The position numbers were made by a program, and so were the translations under genes. Below are positions 9,181 to 19,594 of a stretch of 64,000 bases of DNA, piece by piece. The notes beneath the pieces were generated by a model. That model was not told where the DNA came from, did no database searches, and saw only the letters and a program-made list of their open reading frames with translations. Position 1 is the stretch's first letter. Every line of letters starts with the position of its first letter. This DNA is from a bacterium (GTDB lineage: Bacteria; SAR324; NAC60-12). The stretch lies in contig CBDDTI010000746.1 of the NCBI GenBank assembly GCA_965233585.1, forward strand, positions 608,001 to 672,000. The letters run 5' to 3'.

Positions 9181-10596
9181 TTATAAATCAAAAGTGAGCC
9201 GATTGACTCCATTAAATGCCGCAACTTGATACGCTTGGTCTAATGTAGGATAGTTGAAGACAGAATTCATAAAATAGCTGATGTCTCCTCCATAGTGAAT
9301 GACTGCTTGACCTAGATGCACAAGTTCCGGCGCACTTGGACCAATGATATGCACACCAAGTAATTTCAAAGTATCAGGGTCAAAAAGTAACTTCAGAACA
9401 CCACGATCCCCACCCATAATTTTAGCACGAGCCACTTCTTTAAAATATCCCATGCCAATTTCATAGGGAATTTGTGCTTCCGTCAATTCCTTTTCTGTTT
9501 TGCCAACAATACCAATGGGGGGGATTGTCCAAATGCCAGTTGCTAGATTATCAGGCAGACATTCATTTTGGATTTGGTCAAAAGCATGAAGTGTGGCAAT
9601 CCTTGCTTGCAACATGGCAGTAGAAGCTAAGGCAGGAAAGCCTATGACATCACCAACAGCATAAATGTTGGGTATAGTAGTTTGGTAAGTGTCGCGATTC
9701 ACCTCAATTAAACCATTTTGTCCAATCGCCAAATCTAACTTTTCAAGACCCAAATCATCAGTATTAGAAAGACGTCCTGTGGCGATTAAAGCTGCATCAC
9801 AAAGGAGCTTTTTGCCACTTGCGAGTGTCACCGTCACCTGCTTTGTGCCAACTGACTCCACCAGTTCCACATCTTCTCCAAAGCGAAGCGTGATGCGTGA
9901 CTCTCTCATCATCTCCTTGAGCTTATCTGCAATTTCATGGTCTAAAAACTTCAGAATGCTGTAATCCCGTGCAATCAAATTGACACGCACACCAAGTTTT
10001 GCAAAGATGCAAGCATATTCACAGCCAATCACCCCTGCACCGATAATTGCTAGTTTTTTAGGAATATATTGCAGCTGCAAAATTGAATCGGAGTCAAAAA
10101 TCTGCTTCTGGTCAAACTTAGCCCAATCTGGCAGAAAAGGACGAGAACCTGTTGCGATGATGAAATGTTTTGCAGAAATTTTGATTTTTTTAAGGCTGTC
10201 GTAACTGGCAAAGTTCAAAGTATTCGGATCAATAAAAGTACTTTGTCCACGCAAAAGAGTGATGTTTGTTTTTTCTAAATTGCGGTAATACGAACGTTCC
10301 TGCTGTGAAATTACAGATTTTTTGTGGTGCATCAGTTCACTAGCAGTGATGTCATTTTTGATGGAAATAGAGCCTTTGTTGGCTTGACGATCCAAATGTT
10401 GCAAACTCACCACCGTCTCCCAAAGCGATTTAGAAGGGATTGTGCCTGTATGCAAGCAACTGCCCCCAATATTTTTAGGGTCTTTTTCTATCAGCAACAC
10501 TTTCTTACGTAGCTTACTGGCTTGCATGGCAGCCTTTTCTCCTGCTGGTCCAGAACCCAAAATCACCATGTCATAATGCGTGTCAGGCTTCATCAA
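9181..10596 (-). CDS. sthA: Soluble pyridine nucleotide transhydrogenase
   Basis: GSGPAG, GGSCLHTGTIPSK, GAGVIGCEYA, GDVIGFPALAS, FNYPTL. Confidence 0.93.
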   Translation of the reverse strand: MMKPDTHYDMVILGSGPAGEKAAMQASKLRKKVLLIEKDPKNIGGSCLHTGTIPSKSLWETVVSLQHLDRQANKGSISIKNDITASELMHHKKSVISQQERSYYRNLEKTNITLLRGQSTFIDPNTLNFASYDSLKKIKISAKHFIIATGSRPFLPDWAKFDQKQIFDSDSILQLQYIPKKLAIIGAGVIGCEYACIFAKLGVRVNLIARDYSILKFLDHEIADKLKEMMRESRITLRFGEDVELVESVGTKQVTVTLASGKKLLCDAALIATGRLSNTDDLGLEKLDLAIGQNGLIEVNRDTYQTTIPNIYAVGDVIGFPALASTAMLQARIATLHAFDQIQNECLPDNLATGIWTIPPIGIVGKTEKELTEAQIPYEIGMGYFKEVARAKIMGGDRGVLKLLFDPDTLKLLGVHIIGPSAPELVHLGQAVIHYGGDISYFMNSVFNYPTLDQAYQVAAFNGVNRLTFDL

Positions 10597-10654
10597 TCTC
10601 TCTCATAAATTCAAAGCAAAAACTGCCAATTCTACCATCATTCACTCCCATTGA

Positions 10655-11653
10655 CTACCTTACCTCAAAATAAACTTGAAACCCCTGCCCAGATTTTTTA
10701 GAATCTCCCAGTGTTTCATTTGCTGAAACAAATTGCCCCCTTTGCACTTGAACACGATTGAGTCTTCCATAGACTGAAAACTTTTGTAAACGATGTTCAA
10801 TAATCACAACACGCGACAATCCTTCTATGACGTCTGAAAAAACTACTCTCCCATCTGCAACTGCATGCACTTTCATTGGTTTCTGAGACTCAAAAATGAA
10901 CCCTTGAGTAGGTGTAGAAGTTGTTTTGCGAGTGATAGGAGAACGCCCTTGAACAGGTTTGGTGAGATTGTCCCAATTAATCGGTGGCTCTGCTTGGGAG
11001 ACCAACCTCTTGGCAGTGGTCAACTGCTTTTTTAAATGCCGCACACGATTTTGCAAGGGGACAATGTCCAAAGTTTGCAGAAACTTTTGACGTTCACGAA
11101 TATTTTGCTTCACGATAAAAAGCTCCTGTTTTTGTTGTTGTTCCTGTCTCAGCAAATGCTGATGAGTTTGATTGCGAAGGCTCCAAATTTTTGGGGCAAT
11201 CTCAGAAATGTCAAGATGATGAGAGGCAGACCACGCTTGCAAATCCGCAACCAACAGACGAGCAATGAGCTTGTGTTGAAGTCTCAACTGTGGAATGGTG
11301 CTAGATTGTGTGGCTAGATAAGCAACATATAGGTTTTGGATTCTCTTCTCAAAATTGGAGTATGACATCATGTCATCTTGGGAAGAAGACGGAGGCACAA
11401 CAGCCAGTTGTCTTAAAAGTTTTTGAATGTGTGCAAGGTCAGATAAAATTACCTGCTCTTTTTTCTGTGAATCTTGCAGTTTGACTTGACTGGTGTGTTG
11501 GGATTGTTGGAGCTGATGAAGTTTACTTTGTTCTTCTTGAAGTGCTGCTTGGAGCTTCTTGACAAAAGGTTGAAATGTTGATGGTTCATCTGCAAAAACT
11601 GATACAATACTGAACGTCAGATATAAAATAAGTAGTGCAAAATGAAGTTTCAT
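10655..11653 (-). CDS. EnvC-like coiled-coil protein with degenerate M23/LytM domain
   Basis: Signal peptide, coiled coil, V.AVADGRVVF, VIIEH, YFEVR without Zn ligands. Confidence 0.75.
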   Translation of the reverse strand: MKLHFALLILYLTFSIVSVFADEPSTFQPFVKKLQAALQEEQSKLHQLQQSQHTSQVKLQDSQKKEQVILSDLAHIQKLLRQLAVVPPSSSQDDMMSYSNFEKRIQNLYVAYLATQSSTIPQLRLQHKLIARLLVADLQAWSASHHLDISEIAPKIWSLRNQTHQHLLRQEQQQKQELFIVKQNIRERQKFLQTLDIVPLQNRVRHLKKQLTTAKRLVSQAEPPINWDNLTKPVQGRSPITRKTTSTPTQGFIFESQKPMKVHAVADGRVVFSDVIEGLSRVVIIEHRLQKFSVYGRLNRVQVQRGQFVSANETLGDSKKSGQGFQVYFEVR

Positions 11654-13459
11654 CAAAACGATATTGAAAGCGTCAAAGAACGTGTCAACCTTGTTTCTCT
11701 TATGATGGACCGGGGGATTGTTTTAAAACAATTTGGAGACTATTATAAGGCAATCTGTCCGTTTCATCAGGAAAAAACGCCTTCTTGTTCTGTGAATCCC
11801 GCCAAAGGTGTTTACTATTGCTTTGGCTGTGGGGCGAAAGGAGATAGCATTCAATTTGTCATGCAATATGACAATCTGTCTTTTGCAGAAGCCGTGCTTG
11901 AGCTAGCAAAGTCTGCAGGAATCACACTAACACAAGCCACTCCAAAACAACCACATCCTGCATTTGAAGTCTTGAATCAGGCTTCGCTGTACTACCAACA
12001 ATCTCTTGCTCATCAGCCAACGCATTTGCAATATTTGGAGGATCGTCAGATTTCCCAACAACTTATTGAACACTTTGGATTGGGTTCTGCCCCTGATGAG
12101 TGGGATTCTCTGACTCGTCTCTTCATTTCTCAAGGTGTCAACACACAGCTTTTGCAAAACGTTGGGTTGACCAAAATATCTCAAAAAAATAATACAAATT
12201 ATGACACCTTCCGCAATCGCATCATGTTTCCCATTCGCGACGAAAGAGGTCGGTGTCTTGGATTTGGGGCAAGAGCGATTGCCCCTGACCAGCAACCTAA
12301 GTATTTGAACAGTCCTGAAACAAATTATTATCGTAAATCTCAAATTTTGTATGGAGTGTACGAGGCATCTTTGAGGCAAAGAGAGATGATTTTAGTAGAA
12401 GGCTATCTTGATGTAATCCGCATGCACCATCACGGATTCAGCAACACAGTTGCCACTTGTGGGACTGCCTTAACTGCCCAGCATATCCAAAAGTTAAAAC
12501 GAATCACTCAAAAACTAACTTTATTGCTTGATGGAGATGAGGCGGGGCATCGTGCCGCTTTGAAGTGTTGTGCCATGCTTCTTGAATCAGGAATGGAAGC
12601 CTCGGTAGCTTGTTTGCCTCCCAGCGAAGACCCCGACTCTTTTCTCCAAAAACACGGTGCTGATGCCATGACCCAAATTCTCAAATCCAAACGTCCTCTG
12701 TTTCAATATCTTGTCCATGAAACATTCAATCAGCCTCAACATGACGTACAAGGGAAAGTTCAGGCAGTGGACAGCTTAATCCAAGTGGCTCACACCGTAA
12801 AAAGACGAGACTTGCGAGAAATCATGCTGACTTCTATTGCAGAAACGGCAGGACTACCTTTGCAAACCATTTTGCAAAACTTCCAAAAATCCAAAACAAC
12901 TCATGCGTTCAATCAGCAACCTTTGAACCAGACCCCAACACTTCCAGACGAAGACGAACAAATCATTCTGGCGACAATGCTTGAATGCTATCACACGCTT
13001 GCAACGCAAAAAATATCCAATCCAACAGGCAAACAAACTCACAATAATACCAATGAATGTCTGCAAATTATTGAGTATTCCTTGGAGCCTGATGAATTTC
13101 AATCTCTTCTAGCAAAAGACATTTATCTTTTATTGCAGAAAAAGAAAGAAAATTTGAATGAAAAAGAATCTGTTGAAGATTTTGAAGATTTCACAAAGTG
13201 GACAAATGACCCCAATTTGTTGAATACATTCAACATGCTTTGGATCAAACGTCCATCAAGTGCAAGGTTAAATGATGTCAAATTGATCATCAGAAGAATC
13301 AAGGAGCAAGCAATCCGAAGGAACTTCGCCCAAAAGAGACAGGAAATTCCAGATGACATTGAAAAGATGAGATTAAGCCGTGAGGAACGAATGGAGCTTG
13401 CAGAATTGGCAGACCTGTTCCCTATTGGAAAAACAACACGAAGCAAAATTGTCAGGTAG
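11642..13459 (+). CDS. dnaG: DNA primase
   Basis: CPFHQEKTPS..CFGC zinc finger, FRNRIMFPI, KYLNSPET, EGYLDV, DGDEAG, DPD. Confidence 0.97.
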   Translation: MKFHQNDIESVKERVNLVSLMMDRGIVLKQFGDYYKAICPFHQEKTPSCSVNPAKGVYYCFGCGAKGDSIQFVMQYDNLSFAEAVLELAKSAGITLTQATPKQPHPAFEVLNQASLYYQQSLAHQPTHLQYLEDRQISQQLIEHFGLGSAPDEWDSLTRLFISQGVNTQLLQNVGLTKISQKNNTNYDTFRNRIMFPIRDERGRCLGFGARAIAPDQQPKYLNSPETNYYRKSQILYGVYEASLRQREMILVEGYLDVIRMHHHGFSNTVATCGTALTAQHIQKLKRITQKLTLLLDGDEAGHRAALKCCAMLLESGMEASVACLPPSEDPDSFLQKHGADAMTQILKSKRPLFQYLVHETFNQPQHDVQGKVQAVDSLIQVAHTVKRRDLREIMLTSIAETAGLPLQTILQNFQKSKTTHAFNQQPLNQTPTLPDEDEQIILATMLECYHTLATQKISNPTGKQTHNNTNECLQIIEYSLEPDEFQSLLAKDIYLLLQKKKENLNEKESVEDFEDFTKWTNDPNLLNTFNMLWIKRPSSARLNDVKLIIRRIKEQAIRRNFAQKRQEIPDDIEKMRLSREERMELAELADLFPIGKTTRSKIVR

Positions 13460-13465
13460 GTCACT

Positions 13466-13486
13466 TGAAGGCACAACATGCCTTCA
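13466..13486. terminator. Hairpin between convergent dnaG and PEBP genes
   Basis: tgaaggca-caaca-tgccttca, 8-bp stem. Confidence 0.5.
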
Positions 13487-13497
13487 TTGGCATCCTT

Positions 13498-14199
13498 TTA
13501 AGGATAGGTAAAAGAAAGGCTGGCTTTGCCTAAAATCTTTGCATTGATTCTGATGAAGTTAAAAGAACCAGTACCTTCAAGGTAAGCCTGAAAAGCGACT
13601 TTTGCATCACCTGTCCAAAGGTTAAAATTAGCATCTTGATTGGTGGCAGGGGCTTTGTCTAATGCAAAAAGCACCAGATTGTATTGACTGCCTTCACGTT
13701 GTTTGGGTCCTAAATATCTGCTTCTGTTACCATTTCTACTCTGATGACGAATTGTTTGTCCATCAACAGAAGGATTGGTATTGGTAAGATTCAAACCCTC
13801 TGGAAGTTGAGAAACGGAACTCGGGAAAAGAGCAATCCATCTGACTGGTCTGGAATTATCACCTGTCGCTTCTAAAAGAAGACCAAAACCCTTAGTACCT
13901 GAAGGAACATTAGACCACGTCAAAGGTGGAGAAACATTTTGACCCCCAGAATAACCCCTTGTATCACAGCCTGTTGCTCCTCCTCCTGTACCGCAGACAT
14001 ATTTGTTCAGCATTCGTCCATTGCTAATGGCAGCAGAATTGATGCTGAATTGAGTGTTTTCTGGGGCAGGAGGATCCTCCTCTTTTTGATCTTTGCCACC
14101 ACTACTTTCGTTTTTGGATTTGTTGCATGAAGCAACAAAAATGCTCAGCAGCAGAACCAATATTCCAAACAAGAAACGGGAAGATGGAAAAGTTTTCAT
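13498..14199 (-). CDS. YbhB/YbcL (PEBP) family lipoprotein
   Basis: Lipobox VASC; NVSPPLTWSNVPSGTK, YLGP, Y..LFALD. Confidence 0.8.
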   Translation of the reverse strand: MKTFPSSRFLFGILVLLLSIFVASCNKSKNESSGGKDQKEEDPPAPENTQFSINSAAISNGRMLNKYVCGTGGGATGCDTRGYSGGQNVSPPLTWSNVPSGTKGFGLLLEATGDNSRPVRWIALFPSSVSQLPEGLNLTNTNPSVDGQTIRHQSRNGNRSRYLGPKQREGSQYNLVLFALDKAPATNQDANFNLWTGDAKVAFQAYLEGTGSFNFIRINAKILGKASLSFTYP

Positions 14200-14236
14200 A
14201 ATACCTAAAGGGTCAAAAGATTAGCCAAAAGACTAT

Positions 14237-14265
14237 ACTATAATCAGCTCAAAGGGAACTGTCAA
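14237..14265 (-). promoter_or_regulatory. Sigma70-type promoter of the PEBP gene
   Basis: TTGACA-17 bp-TATAGT on the minus strand. Confidence 0.7.
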
Positions 14266-14323
14266 TTAAAACGTCAAACTGGCTAAAGATATGAAACACA
14301 TTTTGGACGTCTTTAAAATTAGA

Positions 14324-15217
14324 CTAGCAAGATTGAAGAAAACGATGGACTTGGATTTGATAACGTTTTTTGTAAGAACTGACTACTCCTTCCACACAGA
14401 GTTTTGCAGATTTTTTGGCAAGTAGAACCCAAAGCGGTAGTGGTTTGAATGACACCGTCCGAATCGGAAGTTTGGGATTCTGTAACGAAATCAATGTCAC
14501 ACCATTTGAAAGAGACTGTTGCTTGAGTAACAAACCCCTGACACGAATAAATTTGTTTTTAAAGCGAGAAAGTTTGATTTTTTTTGCATGTAGAGTTTTG
14601 GAATGATAGATGGAATTTTTTGAGGACATGACTGTTTTTTGCTCCTTAAATAGCCTTTTCAAGTAGCTCTTTCTTAATTTGGAACTCTTCCAGATTCCTC
14701 GTTTTTTATCAAATGCCATTCGCTCTGCTTTGATGTAAATTTTCTCATTTTCAGGACGTTGGAATCTGGTGTCAAAATAGCTGTAACCTTGTTGAATTAA
14801 GGCTAAATTGACCAACCTGTTACGAGACACCAAAAGACCAAGCATTCTGTGATAAGAACCGTAGAGGTTGTTTGGATTGACTGATAATTTCAGCTGGGAA
14901 CGTTGAAGCTCTTTTTCTAAAAACGCTTTGGCTAACATTCCATATTGGCGGTTTGTTCCTTTGTGAGAGGCAGAAAGCTCTGGAGTGTCCACATAAAGCA
15001 GACGCACGACTTCCGTTTTTGAAAAAGACCCATCTTGATTCAAATCTACTTTGAATGTATCGCCATCAATGACTTCACGCTTCATCTCAGAAATGTCAAC
15101 ATGTTCCCATTGATGAGCCAGAACAATTTGACCCAAGAGACAGATGACCAAGAAGGCAAAATAAGGCATCGTTTTAAGCCAAGTAAGGAACTTCTTGATG
15201 CAAAATTGCTTGTTCAT
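14324..15217 (-). CDS. Secreted thermonuclease (SNase) family protein
   Basis: VIDGDT, VRLLYVDTPE, YHR.L, N..LI..G, AE..A...KRGIW. Confidence 0.88.
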   Translation of the reverse strand: MNKQFCIKKFLTWLKTMPYFAFLVICLLGQIVLAHQWEHVDISEMKREVIDGDTFKVDLNQDGSFSKTEVVRLLYVDTPELSASHKGTNRQYGMLAKAFLEKELQRSQLKLSVNPNNLYGSYHRMLGLLVSRNRLVNLALIQQGYSYFDTRFQRPENEKIYIKAERMAFDKKRGIWKSSKLRKSYLKRLFKEQKTVMSSKNSIYHSKTLHAKKIKLSRFKNKFIRVRGLLLKQQSLSNGVTLISLQNPKLPIRTVSFKPLPLWVLLAKKSAKLCVEGVVSSYKKRYQIQVHRFLQSC

Positions 15218-17513
15218 CTTCTGTCAAAATATATTCTATTTTGAGCGCATCAATCAATTTTTGGTTGTCATCAATATTCAAAACTTCAGGGTCTTCAAAT
15301 CCCAGTAACATTTTTAAAATTCTTACAAAGATCACTCTGGGTGTTTCTATGGTGCGGGCAGAAATTCGTAAATACATCTCCTGCCCATTATTGTTAAACT
15401 GACGAGTTTCTGGACAGAACGGAATCTTTTCAGAATTGCTTGTGTAATATCCATAGGGCAAGAACTTCATCTCTGCAAAAGAAAGCAAAAACTCCATCGC
15501 AGTATCACTAACTCCAAGATTAGCTAGGTAGTAATTTTCTTTAAAGGGAGCTTCAGGGTCATATTGTTCTAAAAGATGGTCTAAATAGTTAAAAAACGTA
15601 TGTGGCTTTTCTAAAATCTCCAAAATACCCAATGCTCTTTCTGATGCGAGATGATGACAAACACGTTTCAAGTTGTATAAAATCTCTGGCTGGAAAGGGA
15701 GATAAGGACTTTGCGTCACTTTCTTCTGTTTGGCATTGAGCTTGAGCTTGGGGGAGTCTTTCTTTTCATCAGTCTGGTTGATGCCTTCTATCTCAGCAGT
15801 GTTTAAAGGATCGGCTTCTTGTTCTTCTTCTTTTGACAAACCTGCTGTCACAGACTTCACTCTTGACTTTTCTAGCATCGGCTGAATCCAACGATCATAA
15901 TCTTGCTCAAAACGATACATTTCAGAAAGCTCATCTGTCAAAAGGTCATCTATAAACCACTCCAAACGCAAGACCATTTTCCATTTTTTTTGTAAATACG
16001 TTAAACGGATTTTGAGACTTTTTTCTACATGGTCTTGAAGGTCTTCCAAACTGCATTCATCAGGGAGTTGCTGATAAAATGCCTTCAAGAAAAAAATCTC
16101 CTGCAACACACTTTGACGCCTCAAGAGAACGACATGAATTTGTGTGCTAATCTGTTCTACGTCTTCTTGGGAGGCTAATGCCTCAAAGGCTTCGCTTGGT
16201 GATTCAAAAGACTCAAAAGACCCCACAGTGTATCGGTGAAACGATTTGAGGTAGTTGTTTAGCATCGTCTCAATTTGACTCAACTCAGATGCAAAATTTT
16301 GAGACATTTGAGATGTCATTTTGGGAAGGAGGGTAGATTTGACCAATGCTTGTTCTACTGTGGTCGCAGACTCTTGCCACGATTGCACAAGATTGATGCT
16401 TCTTTCCACCAACTTTCTGGAGGCTGTCACTGTTTTTTGTAGAAACTCCCATGACGCCCCTGAAAACTCCAAAGACCTCCAAATCTTGCCTATCAAAATT
16501 TGCAAATCCACCATGAATGCTCCCAATTTGACAATGTCTTCCTCCCATTTTTTAAAAACAGAGCTGAAGTAGTTAAGTTGTTTCTTTTCAAACTGAAGTA
16601 ACGCTTTGATTTTTTCATCTGACCAGTCTTCTGGCTTGGTCAGCTTCTTCTGAAGACGTGATTCAAAGAACTCGTAAGCCTCAAAAGAACAAAGCAGAGT
16701 ATCTATGTTGGTTCGCACCAAGTCAAAACGTCCTTTTTCCAAGAGCTGATAAGCACCTAAGGACTTGCCATGAGCTGGGTCAAAACGTGCAAGTTTGGCA
16801 GGCAACTTTTTGACATGTTGGAAGGCGTGAGCCAAGTCAAAATTGGGACAAAATGGTTGTTTCAAGAAGTCCAGACGTGCTGAATCAATGGTTTGGTTTA
16901 ACTCCCGTAATTGTGAAAAATATTGGTTCGCTTGGCTCATTTTGTCCCATGGCAAGCGTGAGAAGTGCTGCTGCTTGTCTTGCTGGTCTAAATCCTTGAC
17001 AAACGTTTCATGTTGTGTCACGAAGTTTAAAATCTGCCCTTGTAGGTCTTCATTGAGAATAGGAGACAAGTAGTATTGATCAGGCTTCTTGATGGCTTGT
17101 GTCAGCTTTTTCTTCTTTTGCCATGCCAAGTGGATAGAAGCATGAAGAGTGGAACCTGCTGCTTCAATCTCGTAATAGCCATTCTCCAAAGAAAGGTAAA
17201 TCCACTCAATGTAACGTTCTACCAAAGCAATGGATTGCAAATAATCATGACGATGCAACTCAAAGTGATGTTCACTTCGGCAGCTAGAGACCATGCGTTG
17301 TGTCATCTCATTGATCATTGCCAGACCTTGCACAACCTTCATCTGTGCATTGGCACAAATTGCGGGTTGTTCTTGCTTCAAAAACGAGCTGATCTGTGTG
17401 TTGCTCTTGGCAACTTTGTTGCGAATCTGGCTTAAAACGAATGGCAGCTTTCTCTGATGGTCTAATTCAGATTGGGTCTGCTTTAACTTGGCAATGAGTT
17501 TTTCTGTATTCAT
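15174..17513 (-). CDS. Hypothetical 779-aa alpha-helical protein
   Basis: Long ORF with coiled-coil character; no recognised motif. Confidence 0.7.
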   Translation of the reverse strand: MNTEKLIAKLKQTQSELDHQRKLPFVLSQIRNKVAKSNTQISSFLKQEQPAICANAQMKVVQGLAMINEMTQRMVSSCRSEHHFELHRHDYLQSIALVERYIEWIYLSLENGYYEIEAAGSTLHASIHLAWQKKKKLTQAIKKPDQYYLSPILNEDLQGQILNFVTQHETFVKDLDQQDKQQHFSRLPWDKMSQANQYFSQLRELNQTIDSARLDFLKQPFCPNFDLAHAFQHVKKLPAKLARFDPAHGKSLGAYQLLEKGRFDLVRTNIDTLLCSFEAYEFFESRLQKKLTKPEDWSDEKIKALLQFEKKQLNYFSSVFKKWEEDIVKLGAFMVDLQILIGKIWRSLEFSGASWEFLQKTVTASRKLVERSINLVQSWQESATTVEQALVKSTLLPKMTSQMSQNFASELSQIETMLNNYLKSFHRYTVGSFESFESPSEAFEALASQEDVEQISTQIHVVLLRRQSVLQEIFFLKAFYQQLPDECSLEDLQDHVEKSLKIRLTYLQKKWKMVLRLEWFIDDLLTDELSEMYRFEQDYDRWIQPMLEKSRVKSVTAGLSKEEEQEADPLNTAEIEGINQTDEKKDSPKLKLNAKQKKVTQSPYLPFQPEILYNLKRVCHHLASERALGILEILEKPHTFFNYLDHLLEQYDPEAPFKENYYLANLGVSDTAMEFLLSFAEMKFLPYGYYTSNSEKIPFCPETRQFNNNGQEMYLRISARTIETPRVIFVRILKMLLGFEDPEVLNIDDNQKLIDALKIEYILTEDEQAILHQEVPYLA

Positions 17514-17531
17514 AGTTTTTTACCTGCATTG

Positions 17532-17540
17532 TGTTATAAT
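17532..17540 (+). promoter_or_regulatory. Extended -10 promoter (TGnTATAAT) facing dxs
   Basis: tgttataat. Confidence 0.5.
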
Positions 17541-17719
17541 TCTAAATCGGCTCAGAGCCGAGACATTCGTAAATTTTTAGTGAAGATGCCATCTTTCATG
17601 CGGAAGAAGGCATCTTTAGTGACTTCTGACTAAAAAAAGAACCTCTTAACTATCCCAAAAAATTTCTGATTGTCCTGACTCCAAACTTCCAAATGTTTTG
17701 CCCGAAAAAACTTTGAGAC

Positions 17720-19594
17720 ATGATACACACCATTCAATCGCCAGAGCAACTACATCACTTATCTTTGCAAGATCTTCAACAGCTCACTGAAGACTCCAGA
17801 GAACAAATTATTCGTGTCACAAGCCAAAAGGGAGGGCATCTTGCCTCTTCTCTTGGCACAGTGGAATTGACTGTGGCGCTGCTTCATGTGTTCAATCCTC
17901 ATCACGACAAAATTGTTTGGGACACAGGGCATCAGACGTATGCCTATAAAATCTTGACAGGACGCCATAAATCCTTTCACACTTTATCAGAAAAAGGAGG
18001 GATTAAAAAGTTTTTATCCATGCAAGAAAGTCCGCATGATCACTTTGGAGCAGGTCATGCCTCTACTGCCATTTCTGCTGGGCTTGGTATGGCAACAGCA
18101 CGTGATATGTTACAACAACAACACCATGTGGTTGCCATTTTGGGAGACGGTGCGCTCACAGGAGGCTTGAGCTTTGAAGCACTCAATCATAATGGAGCAT
18201 TGGCAAAAAATATGATTGTCATCCTCAATGACAATGGCATGAGCATTGACCCCAATGTTGGAGCCATCTCAAAAATGATCACCAAATTCACTGCCTCCAA
18301 AACCTACAACTTGGTACGTGATGAAGCGTGGCATTTATCCAAAAAAATGCCGTTCTCCTCTGCGTTACAGGAGTTGATGCACAAGTTTGAAGTCTCTACA
18401 AAAATGTTTTTTTCTCCAATGTTTTTGTTTGAACCTTTGGGCTGGCGTTATTTTGGTCCCGTAGATGGACATTCACTGAAGGGACTCATTGACTTGTTTT
18501 CTCATGTCAAAGATCTCAAAGGTCCCATTGTGATTCATGCACTGACACAAAAAGGCAAGGGATACCGCTTTGCAGAAGAAGACGCTTTTAAATATCATGG
18601 AGTGTCCCCGTTCATTCCTGACGATGGACAATTTATTGGGAAAGCGAAGCCCCAAAGTTACTCCAATCTGCTTGGTCAAGAGTTGGACAACATCATGGCT
18701 CAAGATGACAAAGTTTGTGTTATCAGTCCTGCTATGTTAAGTGGTTCAGGTATTTTTCATCTTTTGGAAAAATATCCTGAACGTATTTTTGATGTCGGCA
18801 TCGCAGAAGGACATGCCACAACTTTTGCGGCGGGGCTGGCGACTTCTGGCGTCAAGCCTTTTTTGGCAATTTACTCTACTTTCTTACAACGTTCCATTGA
18901 CAATGTCATCCATGACATCGCTTTGCAAAACCTGCCTGTCAAAATAATGATTGACCGTGCGGGGCTGGTTGGGGCTGATGGTCCAACACATCATGGCATC
19001 TTTGACCTGACTTATTTACGTATGATTCCGAACATGACCATTCTTGCTCCCAAAGATGGACCAGAATTGCAAGCGATGATTCAGTTTGCATACGAATATG
19101 AAGCAGGTCCCATCGCTGTCAGATACCCAAGAGGCAATGCCGTTTTTGACCGCCAGCTTAAAACACCAATTCAACTTGGAAAGAGTGTTGTAGAAAAAGA
19201 AGGCAAGGACGTGGTGATTTTGGCGGTTGGAACGTTGGTGAGTACGGCTTGGGAAGTAGTGGATTCTTTGACAGACAAAGGATACGATGCGGCACTGGTC
19301 AATGTGAGATTTATCAAACCATTAGACACTGATTTGATTCAAAAATTAGCAAAGCATGCCAAGTTGATTGTGACGATTGAAGAAAACACCATTTGCGGAG
19401 GCTTTGGTTCTGCTGTGTTAGAGTTCTTGAGTCAGCAATGCTTGACTCCTCAAACTCTCTTATTGGCTGTTCCTGATGAATTTATAGAGCAAGCCTCTCA
19501 AAAAGAACAACAAGAACAGTGTGGCTTGTCTGCCAATCGCATCTTACAAGCGATTCTTGCCAAAATTTCCACCTCTCATCACGTTGAAACATGA
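17720..19594 (+). CDS. dxs: 1-deoxy-D-xylulose-5-phosphate synthase
   Basis: GGHLASSLGTVEL, WDTGHQ, GDGALTGG, DVGIAEGHA, DRAGLVGADGPTH. Confidence 0.98.
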   Translation: MIHTIQSPEQLHHLSLQDLQQLTEDSREQIIRVTSQKGGHLASSLGTVELTVALLHVFNPHHDKIVWDTGHQTYAYKILTGRHKSFHTLSEKGGIKKFLSMQESPHDHFGAGHASTAISAGLGMATARDMLQQQHHVVAILGDGALTGGLSFEALNHNGALAKNMIVILNDNGMSIDPNVGAISKMITKFTASKTYNLVRDEAWHLSKKMPFSSALQELMHKFEVSTKMFFSPMFLFEPLGWRYFGPVDGHSLKGLIDLFSHVKDLKGPIVIHALTQKGKGYRFAEEDAFKYHGVSPFIPDDGQFIGKAKPQSYSNLLGQELDNIMAQDDKVCVISPAMLSGSGIFHLLEKYPERIFDVGIAEGHATTFAAGLATSGVKPFLAIYSTFLQRSIDNVIHDIALQNLPVKIMIDRAGLVGADGPTHHGIFDLTYLRMIPNMTILAPKDGPELQAMIQFAYEYEAGPIAVRYPRGNAVFDRQLKTPIQLGKSVVEKEGKDVVILAVGTLVSTAWEVVDSLTDKGYDAALVNVRFIKPLDTDLIQKLAKHAKLIVTIEENTICGGFGSAVLEFLSQQCLTPQTLLLAVPDEFIEQASQKEQQEQCGLSANRILQAILAKISTSHHVET

